DNA of 64,000 nucleotides from an uncultured Bacteroidales bacterium (lineage in GTDB: Bacteria > Bacteroidota > Bacteroidia > Bacteroidales > JAADJA01), in assembly GCA_963761195.1 (NCBI GenBank), contig CAVXGA010000018.1, positions 7,285 through 71,284 on the forward strand, given 5' to 3'. Both the position numbers and the translations under genes were made by a program. A model generated the notes under the pieces. That model ran no database searches, was not told the DNA's origin, and saw nothing but the letters and a program-made list of their open reading frames with translations. How positions within the stretch are numbered: the first letter of the stretch is position 1; each line of letters opens with the position of its first letter. Positions 21,992 through 32,066 of the stretch are shown in pieces.

Positions 21992-24900
21992 TTATTTGCT
22001 TTTATCCGGATACGGCGGTACTTCCGGTAACCCTTTTGGCCAGGTTTTCAATTCATCCAATGCCTCCTGAATAGCCCTATTCAATTGCTGGTCATCGCCT
22101 GCATATTCTTTAGCCGGATCATTTTCAACAACAATATCGGGATCAACACCATGTCCTTCGATTACAAATCCCTTACCTTCTCTGTCGTAAGTTGAAAATT
22201 CAGGTTTTGTCAGACTTCCTCCATCGATAAAAGGCAGTGAACCACGGATACCTGTTACACCGCCCCAGGTTCGTGTACCGATAAGCTTACCGATTTTAAG
22301 TACTTTAAATTGATAGGGAAATAAGTCACCATCAGAAGCTGAATATTTATTAATCAGCATTACTTTCGGCCCATATTCCATACCTTCGGGTGAAGTCCGG
22401 GGTGAACCATTTCTGCTTATCCGTATCAAGGTAAGTTCTCTTCTTAATCGCTCAATAATCATAGGAGAAACATTCCCTCCCCCATTTCCGCGATCATCAA
22501 TGATCAATGCTCTTTTAGTCAATTGCGGATAGTAGTATTTTACAAATTCATTTAATCCCTGCGAACTCATATCCGGAATATGAATATAACCAACCTGTCC
22601 GTCAGTAGCTTTGTTCACAACATCAATATTGTGCTGAACCCAATTGTAATAATAAAGATTGCTTTCATCAGCCACCGGTACTACAATTACTTTCTGACTC
22701 CCATCCATTTCCGGCTTACTATTAACGGTCAGCTGAACTTCGCGTCCGGCTGCTCCAAGCAATGAAGCATAGATGTCATTCATTGTTTTGGTTGAATTTC
22801 CATTTACCGCAAGAATATAATCGCCTTCTTTAACATCCACCCCTACTTCAGTTAAAGGCGAGCGGGTTTCTTTATCCCAGTTTTCACCTTTCAGAATTTT
22901 ATCAATTTGATAGAACCCTGATTCATCGCGACTCAGTTCAGCTCCCAAAAGGCCGGTTTTAATCCTTTCAGGTGCAGGTTTATCGCCTCCACTCACATAA
23001 GCATGACCAATATTCAATTCCCCAATCATTTCCCCGATAATATAATTCAGGTCATTGCGATTATTCACGTAAGGAACCAAGGGCTCATATTTAGTATGTA
23101 TAGCTTTCCAGTCGACTCCATTCATATTCGGATCATAAAAGAAATCGCGCATTTGTCTCCACGATTCATCAAAAATCTGCTTCCATTCTTTCTTCAGATT
23201 TACCCAAACTTTCATATCCGATAAATCAACATAATCCTGATTATTAATCTTTCCATTTGGAAGGTCAATCACTGCATATTTACCCTTGTCATTTAAAACC
23301 ATTTTTTTATGGTCAGCAGAAATGATAAAATTTCCATAATCCCCCAATTCAGTTTCCTTTTTATTTTTCAGGTCAAAGAGCTTTAGCTTTGTTTTATCAG
23401 TGGAAGAGCTGTTCATCGCATAATATACAGTGTTTCCAATGGCATTAATATTCCAGTAAACACCAGCTTCAATGGGTAAGTCAACTACACGATTAAAAAT
23501 CCCGTCAAAGTCAATCTTAACGTCCGGCTGTTCTTTTTCGGAATTTTTATCGCTTTTTGTATCTGATTCGCTGGTAGAATCTTTGTGATCTCCAGATTCT
23601 TTTAGACTTACTTCATCATTTTCTGCCTTGAGAGGATTTTCAGTGTTTTTTGTAAGAGGAATAAAATAAATTTTCATCATATCGCGATAAGCCGTATTCC
23701 ACTCAGTCCAGCTATAAATCGGATTAAAATCTCTGAGTGAAACAAAAAACAAATATTTCCCATCGGAACTAAAGGATGCGTCACTTGAACTGTACCAGGT
23801 ATCAGTTACCGGTTGTTTTTCCTTTGACCCAAGGTTATAAACCCAAATCCTCGAAATTCGTTCATCTGATGGTTGACTATACACGATCCATTTGCTATCG
23901 GGTGACCAGGAATATTCACGAATTTCACCATTTTTCGTTTCATCCACAAGAACGATTTCTTTCGTATCAATATCTACATATTGTAACCGTTGCATACGAT
24001 CCGACCAAAGCAGCTTTTTGCTATCGGGCGACCAATTCGGATTGTATTTATAATTGTGGCTATTGCTCGTAATTTCTATAGCGGGAATTGTTCCTTCCTG
24101 ATCCTGAATAAAAATCTCATCCTCACCCGTTCTATCAGAAATGTACGAAATGTATTTACCATCTGGCGACCACTCAACATTTCGATCGTGGACACCAGGA
24201 GATTGTGTAAGATTTCTTGTTATTCCATTTTTGGCTGGTACAGTGAAAACATCACCCCTTCCATCAAAAGCAAGCCGTTTACCATCGGGTGAAATTGCAT
24301 AGCTGTTAATCAATTTAGATGCATCTTTCTGCTCATCACGTCCTGTAACAAAATCATCGGCAATTTTAATCGTAAGTTTTGCTGTTTGTTGTGTTGCAAT
24401 TGTGAAAGTATAAAGGAATCCAGCGTTTTCGTAAATGATAACGCCATTTCCTAACGAAGGAAATTTAATGTCGTATTCGGTATAATTAGTGACTTTTTTC
24501 GTTTCTCCGCTTACAATATTGTAAACAAAAAGGTTCATGATCCTATCCCGATCAGAAAGGAAATAAATTTCATCGCCGTACCACATTGGAAAAATGTCCT
24601 GAGCCTCATTGTTAGTGATATCGTTTACCTGTTTGGTTTTAAAATCATAAATCCAAACATCATCAGCCATACCGCCACGATAATATTTCCAGGTTCTGAA
24701 TTCACGAAAAACCTGGTTGTAAGCCATCTTATCACCTTTAGCAGAAAAGCTGCAAAAACCTCCCGAGGGAAGAGGCAATTCTTCAGAAAGTCCGCCCTGA
24801 GTGCTTACCACAAATAACTGTCCGATAAACGAATTAAATGATTTTTTTCTTGACCGGTATACAATATGATCATTGTCCTTCCAGGTCATAACGATGTTGT

Positions 24901-25255
24901 TTGGTCCCATCCTGTCCGAAATGTCGTCCCTGTCGAGCGTCGCCGTATAGGTAAGTCGTTTGGGTACACCACCTTCAGCAGTCATTAAATAAACCTCCGT
25001 ATTGCCATCGTATTGCGCAGTAAATGCAATATTCTTACCATCAGGTGAAAATCTTGCAAACATTTCGTAGCCAACGTCACTGGTCAATTTCCTTGCGATT
25101 CCCCCTGTTTTATTCACCGTATATAAATCCCCTGCATAAGAGAATATAACCCGATCCCCATAAATAGCCGGAAACCTCAACAATCGGGTTTCATCCTGGG
25201 CCATTACACCAGAAACAATAAACCCTGCTAAAAGCAACACATAAAATTTTTTCAT
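21992..25255 (-). CDS. Tricorn protease (peptidase S41) with beta-propellers and PDZ domain
   Basis: Signal peptide, PD40 repeats (FSPDGK, WSPDSK), GYIHIPDM, DDRGNGGG, SASDGD, GTRTWGG, EGHGVDPDI. Confidence 0.95.
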   Translation of the reverse strand: MKKFYVLLLAGFIVSGVMAQDETRLLRFPAIYGDRVIFSYAGDLYTVNKTGGIARKLTSDVGYEMFARFSPDGKNIAFTAQYDGNTEVYLMTAEGGVPKRLTYTATLDRDDISDRMGPNNIVMTWKDNDHIVYRSRKKSFNSFIGQLFVVSTQGGLSEELPLPSGGFCSFSAKGDKMAYNQVFREFRTWKYYRGGMADDVWIYDFKTKQVNDITNNEAQDIFPMWYGDEIYFLSDRDRIMNLFVYNIVSGETKKVTNYTEYDIKFPSLGNGVIIYENAGFLYTFTIATQQTAKLTIKIADDFVTGRDEQKDASKLINSYAISPDGKRLAFDGRGDVFTVPAKNGITRNLTQSPGVHDRNVEWSPDGKYISYISDRTGEDEIFIQDQEGTIPAIEITSNSHNYKYNPNWSPDSKKLLWSDRMQRLQYVDIDTKEIVLVDETKNGEIREYSWSPDSKWIVYSQPSDERISRIWVYNLGSKEKQPVTDTWYSSSDASFSSDGKYLFFVSLRDFNPIYSWTEWNTAYRDMMKIYFIPLTKNTENPLKAENDEVSLKESGDHKDSTSESDTKSDKNSEKEQPDVKIDFDGIFNRVVDLPIEAGVYWNINAIGNTVYYAMNSSSTDKTKLKLFDLKNKKETELGDYGNFIISADHKKMVLNDKGKYAVIDLPNGKINNQDYVDLSDMKVWVNLKKEWKQIFDESWRQMRDFFYDPNMNGVDWKAIHTKYEPLVPYVNNRNDLNYIIGEMIGELNIGHAYVSGGDKPAPERIKTGLLGAELSRDESGFYQIDKILKGENWDKETRSPLTEVGVDVKEGDYILAVNGNSTKTMNDIYASLLGAAGREVQLTVNSKPEMDGSQKVIVVPVADESNLYYYNWVQHNIDVVNKATDGQVGYIHIPDMSSQGLNEFVKYYYPQLTKRALIIDDRGNGGGNVSPMIIERLRRELTLIRISRNGSPRTSPEGMEYGPKVMLINKYSASDGDLFPYQFKVLKIGKLIGTRTWGGVTGIRGSLPFIDGGSLTKPEFSTYDREGKGFVIEGHGVDPDIVVENDPAKEYAGDDQQLNRAIQEALDELKTWPKGLPEVPPYPDKSK

Positions 25256-25462
25256 TCGTGATAGAATTTACAATTCAACATTAAAAAATCAGATAAAGTG
25301 GTTGATTTACCATTATTATGCCAATAAAATCAAATGATTATGAATGAACAGGATTTGAATGACTTTACCCCTAACATGAAAGGAAATTGTATAAAGACGA
25401 ACAGTTTATGTTCACCATTGAACAAGTTAAAAACTCCTTAATTTAAGAAATCCGTTAGATGA

Positions 25463-26083
25463 TTAATTGCAGGAATCTTTATATTGATCAATATTAGTGG
25501 AAATAAGATCAATTGCAGCGGGATCCATGTCCCTTTTTAAATTGGTATTATTTCTTACCTGATCACAGGTTTTCCATGCCTCGCATTCTTTTTTTTCACC
25601 TGCAAGAACCTCAGCATGAGCAAGTGCATAAATCATATTCACCGTATAACTTTTGGGATTTAATATCCTGGCCTTTTCGAGATAAGGAATTGCAAGCTTT
25701 ATGCTTTTATTGTTATCCATTGTCATCATGTAACCAAGGCAAAATACCTCGTCACCTGCCAGTTCATCAGGATTCAGCTTATCATACGATTTACCGTATT
25801 TACGGCCAAGGTACATTTTGTACGTATCGGCATTGTTTTTCCCTTTTTCATTCCAAGCTAATGCATTTATCACTGCAGCTTTCAAACCAATGGCATTATT
25901 ATCATCTGCCAGGAAAGAATAAATTTCGCCGGTTACGATTCCTTTTTCATATGCAATTTGTACCTTTTCATTTGACAGGTATGCGTTATAAAAACTTGTT
26001 TTAGCTAAAGGTGAACCCGCAAAGAGACTGACCGCTAAGAAAGTAAACAAGCACAAGCTAAGGATTATTTTTGTCTTTTTCAT
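25463..26083 (-). CDS. Hypothetical secreted helical protein
   Basis: 206-aa ORF with a signal peptide; TATCTTTG promoter element at 26106-26113 (-). Confidence 0.7.
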   Translation of the reverse strand: MKKTKIILSLCLFTFLAVSLFAGSPLAKTSFYNAYLSNEKVQIAYEKGIVTGEIYSFLADDNNAIGLKAAVINALAWNEKGKNNADTYKMYLGRKYGKSYDKLNPDELAGDEVFCLGYMMTMDNNKSIKLAIPYLEKARILNPKSYTVNMIYALAHAEVLAGEKKECEAWKTCDQVRNNTNLKRDMDPAAIDLISTNIDQYKDSCN

Positions 26084-26226
26084 AAGGATGTTATTTGTTT
26101 GGAAACAAAGATATGAATTAAAAGTTTACCTAAAGACAACATTATTGTCTTTTTGGTTTGCAGCCCGGGTGATTTACGCTAATACAAAATTCTTAAATTT
26201 ATCTTTACAAAATTGAAATTTCTTGA

Positions 26227-29200
26227 TTAAATCCATTTTACGAGATTAAAATCCTGCCGGTGCGGTAAAAAGTCAGCTTGTGGAAATATCCTGAACGCAA
26301 AATCAAAAACTCCAGAAAAACTAATTGCAATTGAACAGGAATAGGTAGCCTTGGATCCATTGCTTTTAATCAGTTTAAGCATTTCGACATACGATGTTCT
26401 CCTCACTTTATCATTTACTTTTTGTCCGAACACGATCTCGATACCAATATTTTCAGCAGGGATATTATTTGTGTTAAGAATAATGTCGACGACAAACTCT
26501 TCTCCCAGGTTTAGTGGTTTAAGCGATGAATCAGGGAGTCTAACAGAAAGTACTTCTACATCACTCCATTTACTTTGGATGAATTGTTTCCAGCTTTCTA
26601 TTTTTTTTGCGAATTCAAAATTATTTTTTCTGATTTCTTTACTTCTTTCAAATAGCCGATTATAATATTTACTGTAATAATCATCCAGCATTCTTTTCAT
26701 TGTAAAATGGGGTGCAATTTCAGATAGTGTATTTTTTATATACGAAACCCATTTATGTGGAATTCCTGAATCATCCAAATCGAAAAATGCAGGAATGATC
26801 TCGTCCTCAAGCAACTGGTAAATGGTCTCTGCATCAAGATCATCCTGAAATGCTTGATTTCCATACGTTCGGGTTTCCTTAATACTCCATCCGGCATTCT
26901 CCCTATAGCCTTCTGCCCACCAACCATCCATCACACTAAGGTTTAACACCCCGTTCATTACTGCTTTTTCGCCACTTGTTCCGGAAGCTTCAAGTGGGCG
27001 TGAGGGTGTATTTAGCCAAACATCTACGCCAGAAATCAGTTTGCGGCCTACCGACATATCATAATTTTCCAGGAAAATGATTCGGCCAATAAATTTTGGC
27101 ATTTTTGAAATTTCAATCACCCTTTTTATAAGATCTTTCCCGGGATTATCGTTGGGATGTGCTTTACCTGCAAAAACAAAACGTACTGGTGTCTTTTCAT
27201 TATTAATAAGCGAGTCCAGTTTTTCAAGGTTATTGAATAACAAAGCGGCCCGTTTATATGTAGCAAATCTTCTGGCAAATCCAATGTATAATGCATTTTG
27301 GTCAATGCTCTCAATTGTCTTAAGTATAATTTTTGGATTTTCCTGCCGTACCATCAGGTCGTGTGAAATTTTTTCCCTGATATAAATAAGAAATTCCTTT
27401 TTAGCCCTCAATCGCTGATTCCAAACCATTTGATCTGATACCTGGTGAATTCTTTTCCATATTTCAGGATTGGATTCATTTTTCAACAGTTCATCTCCAA
27501 AATTTGAGAGATAAAAGCTTTGCCAGTTCTTGGTTGTCCATGTTGGATAATGTACGCCATTGGTAACATATCCAATATATAATTCTTCAGGAAAATATCC
27601 GGGATATAAATCACTGAACATTTTTTGTGTAACCCCTCCATGAATTTTACTAACCCCGTTCATTTCCTGCGAAAGCTTAGAAGCAAGCACGCTCATCGAA
27701 AATTTTTCATTTTGGTTATTCTTATGGAACCTGCCCAGATTCATAAAATCTTCCCAGGAAATAGTGAGTCTTTCTGGATAATGAGGAACATAGGTTCTCA
27801 ATATATCTTCCGAAAAAGTATCATGTCCGGCTGGTACAGGCGTATGGGTTGTAAAAAGAGTGGTTGACCTGACTACTTCAATAGCCGTACTATATGCGAT
27901 ACCATAATGTTCCATCAGGTGTCTGAGTCTTTCGAGGCTGGCAAATGCAGCATGTCCTTCATTCAAATGATAAATATCAGCATGGATACCCAGTTTAAAT
28001 AAAAGCCTGATTCCACCCACACCCAGCAATAATTCCTGCCGGAATCTGTTATTCCAGTCGCCACCATACAATTGGTGGGTTACTGTCCTGTCTTCAGGAG
28101 TGTTTTCTTCAATATCGGTATCCAAAAGGTACAGGGAAATTCGACCAACCTTTAAAAGCCAGGCTTTTGCTGTAAGGATACGAACAGGGGTATCAATCTG
28201 AATTTTGATCCATTCACCTTTCTCATCTCTAAGAGGAATTAAAGGTAGTTCTGAAAATTTTTGAGGCAACGATTCCGCAATCTGATCACCAAAAAGGGAA
28301 AGGCTTTGATTGAAATACCCATAACGATAAACCAGGCCAATACCCACAATATTTTTATTCGAATCGCTTGCTTCCTTCAAATAATCACCAGCTAATATTC
28401 CAAGACCTCCTGAATAAATTTTTATCGATTCATGCAAACCATATTCCATGCTGAAATAAGCCACCTGCTGTTCTGGAATCTTTTCCGCATCTTCCATATA
28501 TTTAGTGAAAGAAGCGTAAACTTTATTCATTTTATTCATGAAATCTTCATCCTGCTTCAATTCTTGTAACCTACTGAATGATAGCCTGTTTAAAATTGCT
28601 ACCGGATTGTGATCAGTTTCTTTCCATAATGCACCATCAATGCTTTTAAAAAGATTTCGCGCACTATTATCCCACGACCACCAAAGATTCATGGAGAGTG
28701 CTCTTAACGGTTCCAACTCATCAGGAATATTTGCCTGAACATAAATTTTTTTCCAATCAGGTTTGGCGATAAATCCACTTCCTGAAAATGTATACTCTAC
28801 TGATTGTTTGCCTTTGAAAAGATCCGAACGAAGGTTAGCCTCCTCTAATGCTATTTTATAAGCCTCTATATATTTTTTCGACAATATTTTCCAATCCAAT
28901 TTTGACGCGATTGAAAAAGCCTCTTCTCTTGCAGCTTCCATGTGACTTTCATCAAAAGACGCGAATAATTTAAGCTTGCGGGCAACATTAACGACCACTT
29001 CAGAATAATTATCTTCATTTCTTTCGATGGTAGTCACGGCATGATGCACCACATGGCATTCCGATTTTGCCCATAATCCAAAACCAGCCAGCGAAGTTGT
29101 TATGGTTGGTATTTTATAGGCGATGCTTTCGAGTGGAGTGTATCCCCAAGGTTCGTAATAAGATGGGAAAACTGTAATATCAAACCCATTCAGGAACTCG

Positions 29201-30468
29201 TAATAGTCCATATTAAAAATTCCATCGCTACCATTCAGATAAACAGGAAGAAAGATTACGATTACCTTGCACTCGGGACCATTCGTTAATTTATTTTCCT
29301 TTAAACGATCAAGCACCGGATCATGCATACGATTGTAAATAACATGCGTGAGGTACTCACCTGATAAAGGCTTGTCAAAATCTGGCTTGCCGATCATTTC
29401 CTGTAAATCTTTCCTTGCACCGGCATTGCTGGCAGGAACGGCAATATAAGCCACAACTTTCTTAATGAGGCCTTTATCCGCATTCAGTTTACCCAAGGCA
29501 TCAATGTATACATCAAGTCCTTTATTCCTGAATTCATAGCGTCCGCTAGTAAGTAAAAGAAGGGCATCGGAATCAATTTTCTGGTTAATGACTGCTTCAG
29601 TCACCTCAATGATTTTATTCCGTGCATTTTTTCTCTTGACTTCAAAGTCTTCATTAATCGGGAAGAGATCATCCGAAAATCCATTGGGAGTCACAACATT
29701 TACTTCTGTCGAAAGAAGGTATTTACATTCTGTCGCAGTAATATCACTTACTGTAGTAAAACAATCGGCTTCCCTGGCTGCATTATATTCAAGTGAAAAC
29801 TTTGATGCAATTCCCAGTTGTTTTGCCAGTTCAAATGAATTGATTTTTTCAAGTTCACTATACAACCGCATATTGTTTCCCGATATTGACCGGCCAAGAA
29901 CTGTAGCATGTGTTGTGAAAACTGTTCCTATCTGGGGTGTATTTTCTTTGAGGTATAAAATACCTGATCCTGTCATCCATTCATGAAAATGACTGATTAT
30001 TTTTTGATTGGCAGAAAGGTAGAAATTATAAAAGCTTTCGATCACTTTTCCGGCAGCATAGCCAAATAAGGCAGGTTCAATATAATCCCAACCTCCCGAA
30101 AGGGAATCGAGTTGATAGGTTTCCCAGAATTTAGCAAAAATTTCATCCTTTTCAACAAAGAAAGGAGTGAAATCAATCAGTACTGCAATCGGTTTCCCGG
30201 GAATATTCCATCGCCCGATACGAATTCGTAAACCACTTTTTTCTGCATTTTCGTGCCATGCCTTATAAAGTGAATTGTCTTCAAGAAAATCGGGATTTAC
30301 ATTCGTTTCCTTCCACACATCAGGTCCAACAAATATATAGCGATCGTACAATTCATCAATCATTGAAAGGTATTTGGACGACAGAACAGTATAAATACCA
30401 CCTACTTTATTACAAACTTCCCAGCTTACTTCAAAGAGATAATCGAGTTTTAATGATTCTTCAGCCAT
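26227..30468 (-). CDS. Fused glycogen synthase (GT3) and alpha-glucan phosphorylase (GT35)
   Basis: N-part: FEVSWEVCNKVGGIYTV, HEWM, FTTHAT, GRYEFRNKG, FPSYYEPWGYTPLE. C-part: YFSMEYG...YSGGLGILAGD, HLNEGH, ARRFATYKR, EASGTSGEK. Confidence 0.93.
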   Translation of the reverse strand: MAEESLKLDYLFEVSWEVCNKVGGIYTVLSSKYLSMIDELYDRYIFVGPDVWKETNVNPDFLEDNSLYKAWHENAEKSGLRIRIGRWNIPGKPIAVLIDFTPFFVEKDEIFAKFWETYQLDSLSGGWDYIEPALFGYAAGKVIESFYNFYLSANQKIISHFHEWMTGSGILYLKENTPQIGTVFTTHATVLGRSISGNNMRLYSELEKINSFELAKQLGIASKFSLEYNAAREADCFTTVSDITATECKYLLSTEVNVVTPNGFSDDLFPINEDFEVKRKNARNKIIEVTEAVINQKIDSDALLLLTSGRYEFRNKGLDVYIDALGKLNADKGLIKKVVAYIAVPASNAGARKDLQEMIGKPDFDKPLSGEYLTHVIYNRMHDPVLDRLKENKLTNGPECKVIVIFLPVYLNGSDGIFNMDYYEFLNGFDITVFPSYYEPWGYTPLESIAYKIPTITTSLAGFGLWAKSECHVVHHAVTTIERNEDNYSEVVVNVARKLKLFASFDESHMEAAREEAFSIASKLDWKILSKKYIEAYKIALEEANLRSDLFKGKQSVEYTFSGSGFIAKPDWKKIYVQANIPDELEPLRALSMNLWWSWDNSARNLFKSIDGALWKETDHNPVAILNRLSFSRLQELKQDEDFMNKMNKVYASFTKYMEDAEKIPEQQVAYFSMEYGLHESIKIYSGGLGILAGDYLKEASDSNKNIVGIGLVYRYGYFNQSLSLFGDQIAESLPQKFSELPLIPLRDEKGEWIKIQIDTPVRILTAKAWLLKVGRISLYLLDTDIEENTPEDRTVTHQLYGGDWNNRFRQELLLGVGGIRLLFKLGIHADIYHLNEGHAAFASLERLRHLMEHYGIAYSTAIEVVRSTTLFTTHTPVPAGHDTFSEDILRTYVPHYPERLTISWEDFMNLGRFHKNNQNEKFSMSVLASKLSQEMNGVSKIHGGVTQKMFSDLYPGYFPEELYIGYVTNGVHYPTWTTKNWQSFYLSNFGDELLKNESNPEIWKRIHQVSDQMVWNQRLRAKKEFLIYIREKISHDLMVRQENPKIILKTIESIDQNALYIGFARRFATYKRAALLFNNLEKLDSLINNEKTPVRFVFAGKAHPNDNPGKDLIKRVIEISKMPKFIGRIIFLENYDMSVGRKLISGVDVWLNTPSRPLEASGTSGEKAVMNGVLNLSVMDGWWAEGYRENAGWSIKETRTYGNQAFQDDLDAETIYQLLEDEIIPAFFDLDDSGIPHKWVSYIKNTLSEIAPHFTMKRMLDDYYSKYYNRLFERSKEIRKNNFEFAKKIESWKQFIQSKWSDVEVLSVRLPDSSLKPLNLGEEFVVDIILNTNNIPAENIGIEIVFGQKVNDKVRRTSYVEMLKLIKSNGSKATYSCSIAISFSGVFDFAFRIFPQADFLPHRQDFNLVKWI

Positions 30469-30694
30469 TACATGCGTTTTAAGTATAGAGATACTTCAAA
30501 ATTTTAATTTAAAATGGGTTGCAAATATATTGTATTACGTTATTTCAAAAAAAAGTTATTTGTTAAGTTGTTATAATTTTCTAACAATTTTAAAACGAAT
30601 AGTTTCAATTTAACATTATCCTCTGCAACCTCATAGAGTCATATTGAAAAAAAAATTAACTTCGTGGTGTAAATGACCAAATAAAACCTTAGTT

Positions 30695-31636
30695 ATGAAT
30701 ATCAGTTACATTGATCCGCTGTCAGGAGCATGGAGGCGAATGAAAAAAGCACTCTTCCGGCCTTTTGATATTACCAAATGGTTTATGATAGGTTTTACAG
30801 CCTTTTTGGCAGGCCTTACTGATTATAAAGGCGGGAATTCTTTCAACTCATCACACCGGTGGAAAGAATCCTATTCGGGCTGGAATGATATTTTGAATTT
30901 TCCGTATACGGCTTGGGATTGGCTGAACAGTCACCCGTTGTGGTTTTCACTAATTATTTTTGGTCTGTTTTTTTTAATTGCGTTGTTCATTGTTTTAACA
31001 TGGCTGAGTTCAAGGGGAAAATTCATGTTCCTGAGCAATGTAATTAATGATAAAGCCGAAGTCAGCAAACCCTGGACAGAAAATAGAGCAGAAGGCAATT
31101 CTTTGTTTATCTGGCGAATTGTTTTTGGTTTTATTTTCTTTATTCTTTTCATCTTGCTGCTTTTCTTTTCCTTTATATTGATCACAAAAATATTTTCCGG
31201 TTATTATTCCGTCCCTGCCAAATTTCTGGTTATTGTTGCCATGGTGCTGCAATTCGTAATATTGATCATTATCGCCGGTTATATTTCACTTTTTCTCAAT
31301 GACTTTGTGGTTCCCATAATGTTTAAATACCACATTTCCACTAATCGGGCATGGTTGCGATTTTTACCCTTGTTATCCAAAAATATTGGAACGTTCATTG
31401 TCTACGGGCTTTTTCTTTTTGTCCTGATGATTGCAGTAGCCATTTGCATTGTGATTTTTGGGTTGATGACTTGTTGTGTTGGTTTTCTCCTGCTGATTAT
31501 TCCTTACATTGGTTCTATATTGCTTTTACCTATATCGTATACATACAGAGCTTATAGTGTAAATTTTCTTGAACAGTTTGGACCGGAGTACCAACTTTTT
31601 CCGCCAACGGAAGATATTACTTCTGAAAATGTTTAA
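30695..31636 (+). CDS. Multi-pass membrane protein of unknown function
   Basis: 313 aa with about 6-7 hydrophobic helices; TCC motif in the last helix pair. Confidence 0.75.
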   Translation: MNISYIDPLSGAWRRMKKALFRPFDITKWFMIGFTAFLAGLTDYKGGNSFNSSHRWKESYSGWNDILNFPYTAWDWLNSHPLWFSLIIFGLFFLIALFIVLTWLSSRGKFMFLSNVINDKAEVSKPWTENRAEGNSLFIWRIVFGFIFFILFILLLFFSFILITKIFSGYYSVPAKFLVIVAMVLQFVILIIIAGYISLFLNDFVVPIMFKYHISTNRAWLRFLPLLSKNIGTFIVYGLFLFVLMIAVAICIVIFGLMTCCVGFLLLIIPYIGSILLLPISYTYRAYSVNFLEQFGPEYQLFPPTEDITSENV

Positions 31637-31647
31637 CAAATAATTTC

Positions 31648-32061
31648 ATGAATTCGCCTGGAATTTCCACGGATCAGCGGATTATAAAAGGTTCAATTGC
31701 TGTACTTTTATTTTCAATTATCATTGGCTCCGTTTTTTACAAGCAGGGTTCTGAAACAATTACCGACTGTGCTTTCAAGCATATTACAGGATTAAGCTGC
31801 CCCGGTTGCGGATTGACCCGGTCATTTCATGCCGCTACTTTGTTTCATTTTCGTGAAGCCTTTGGATATCACCTGTTAGGTCCTTTGTTTATTCTGGGAT
31901 TTTTACTTTTAGCAATCAAATACAGCTATGAAGCTATGATGGCTCATAATGTAATATTCAAAATTCAACCGAAAACCTGGAGAATTGGCCTTTACATTAT
32001 TGCTGCAATTTGGTTGCTATTTTGGTTAGTACGGATGGGTATTGAAATCCGGGGGCACTGA
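31648..32061 (+). CDS. DUF2752 family membrane protein
   Basis: C.F...TG..CPGCGLTRS signature. Confidence 0.88.
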   Translation: MNSPGISTDQRIIKGSIAVLLFSIIIGSVFYKQGSETITDCAFKHITGLSCPGCGLTRSFHAATLFHFREAFGYHLLGPLFILGFLLLAIKYSYEAMMAHNVIFKIQPKTWRIGLYIIAAIWLLFWLVRMGIEIRGH

Positions 32062-32066
32062 ATCAT

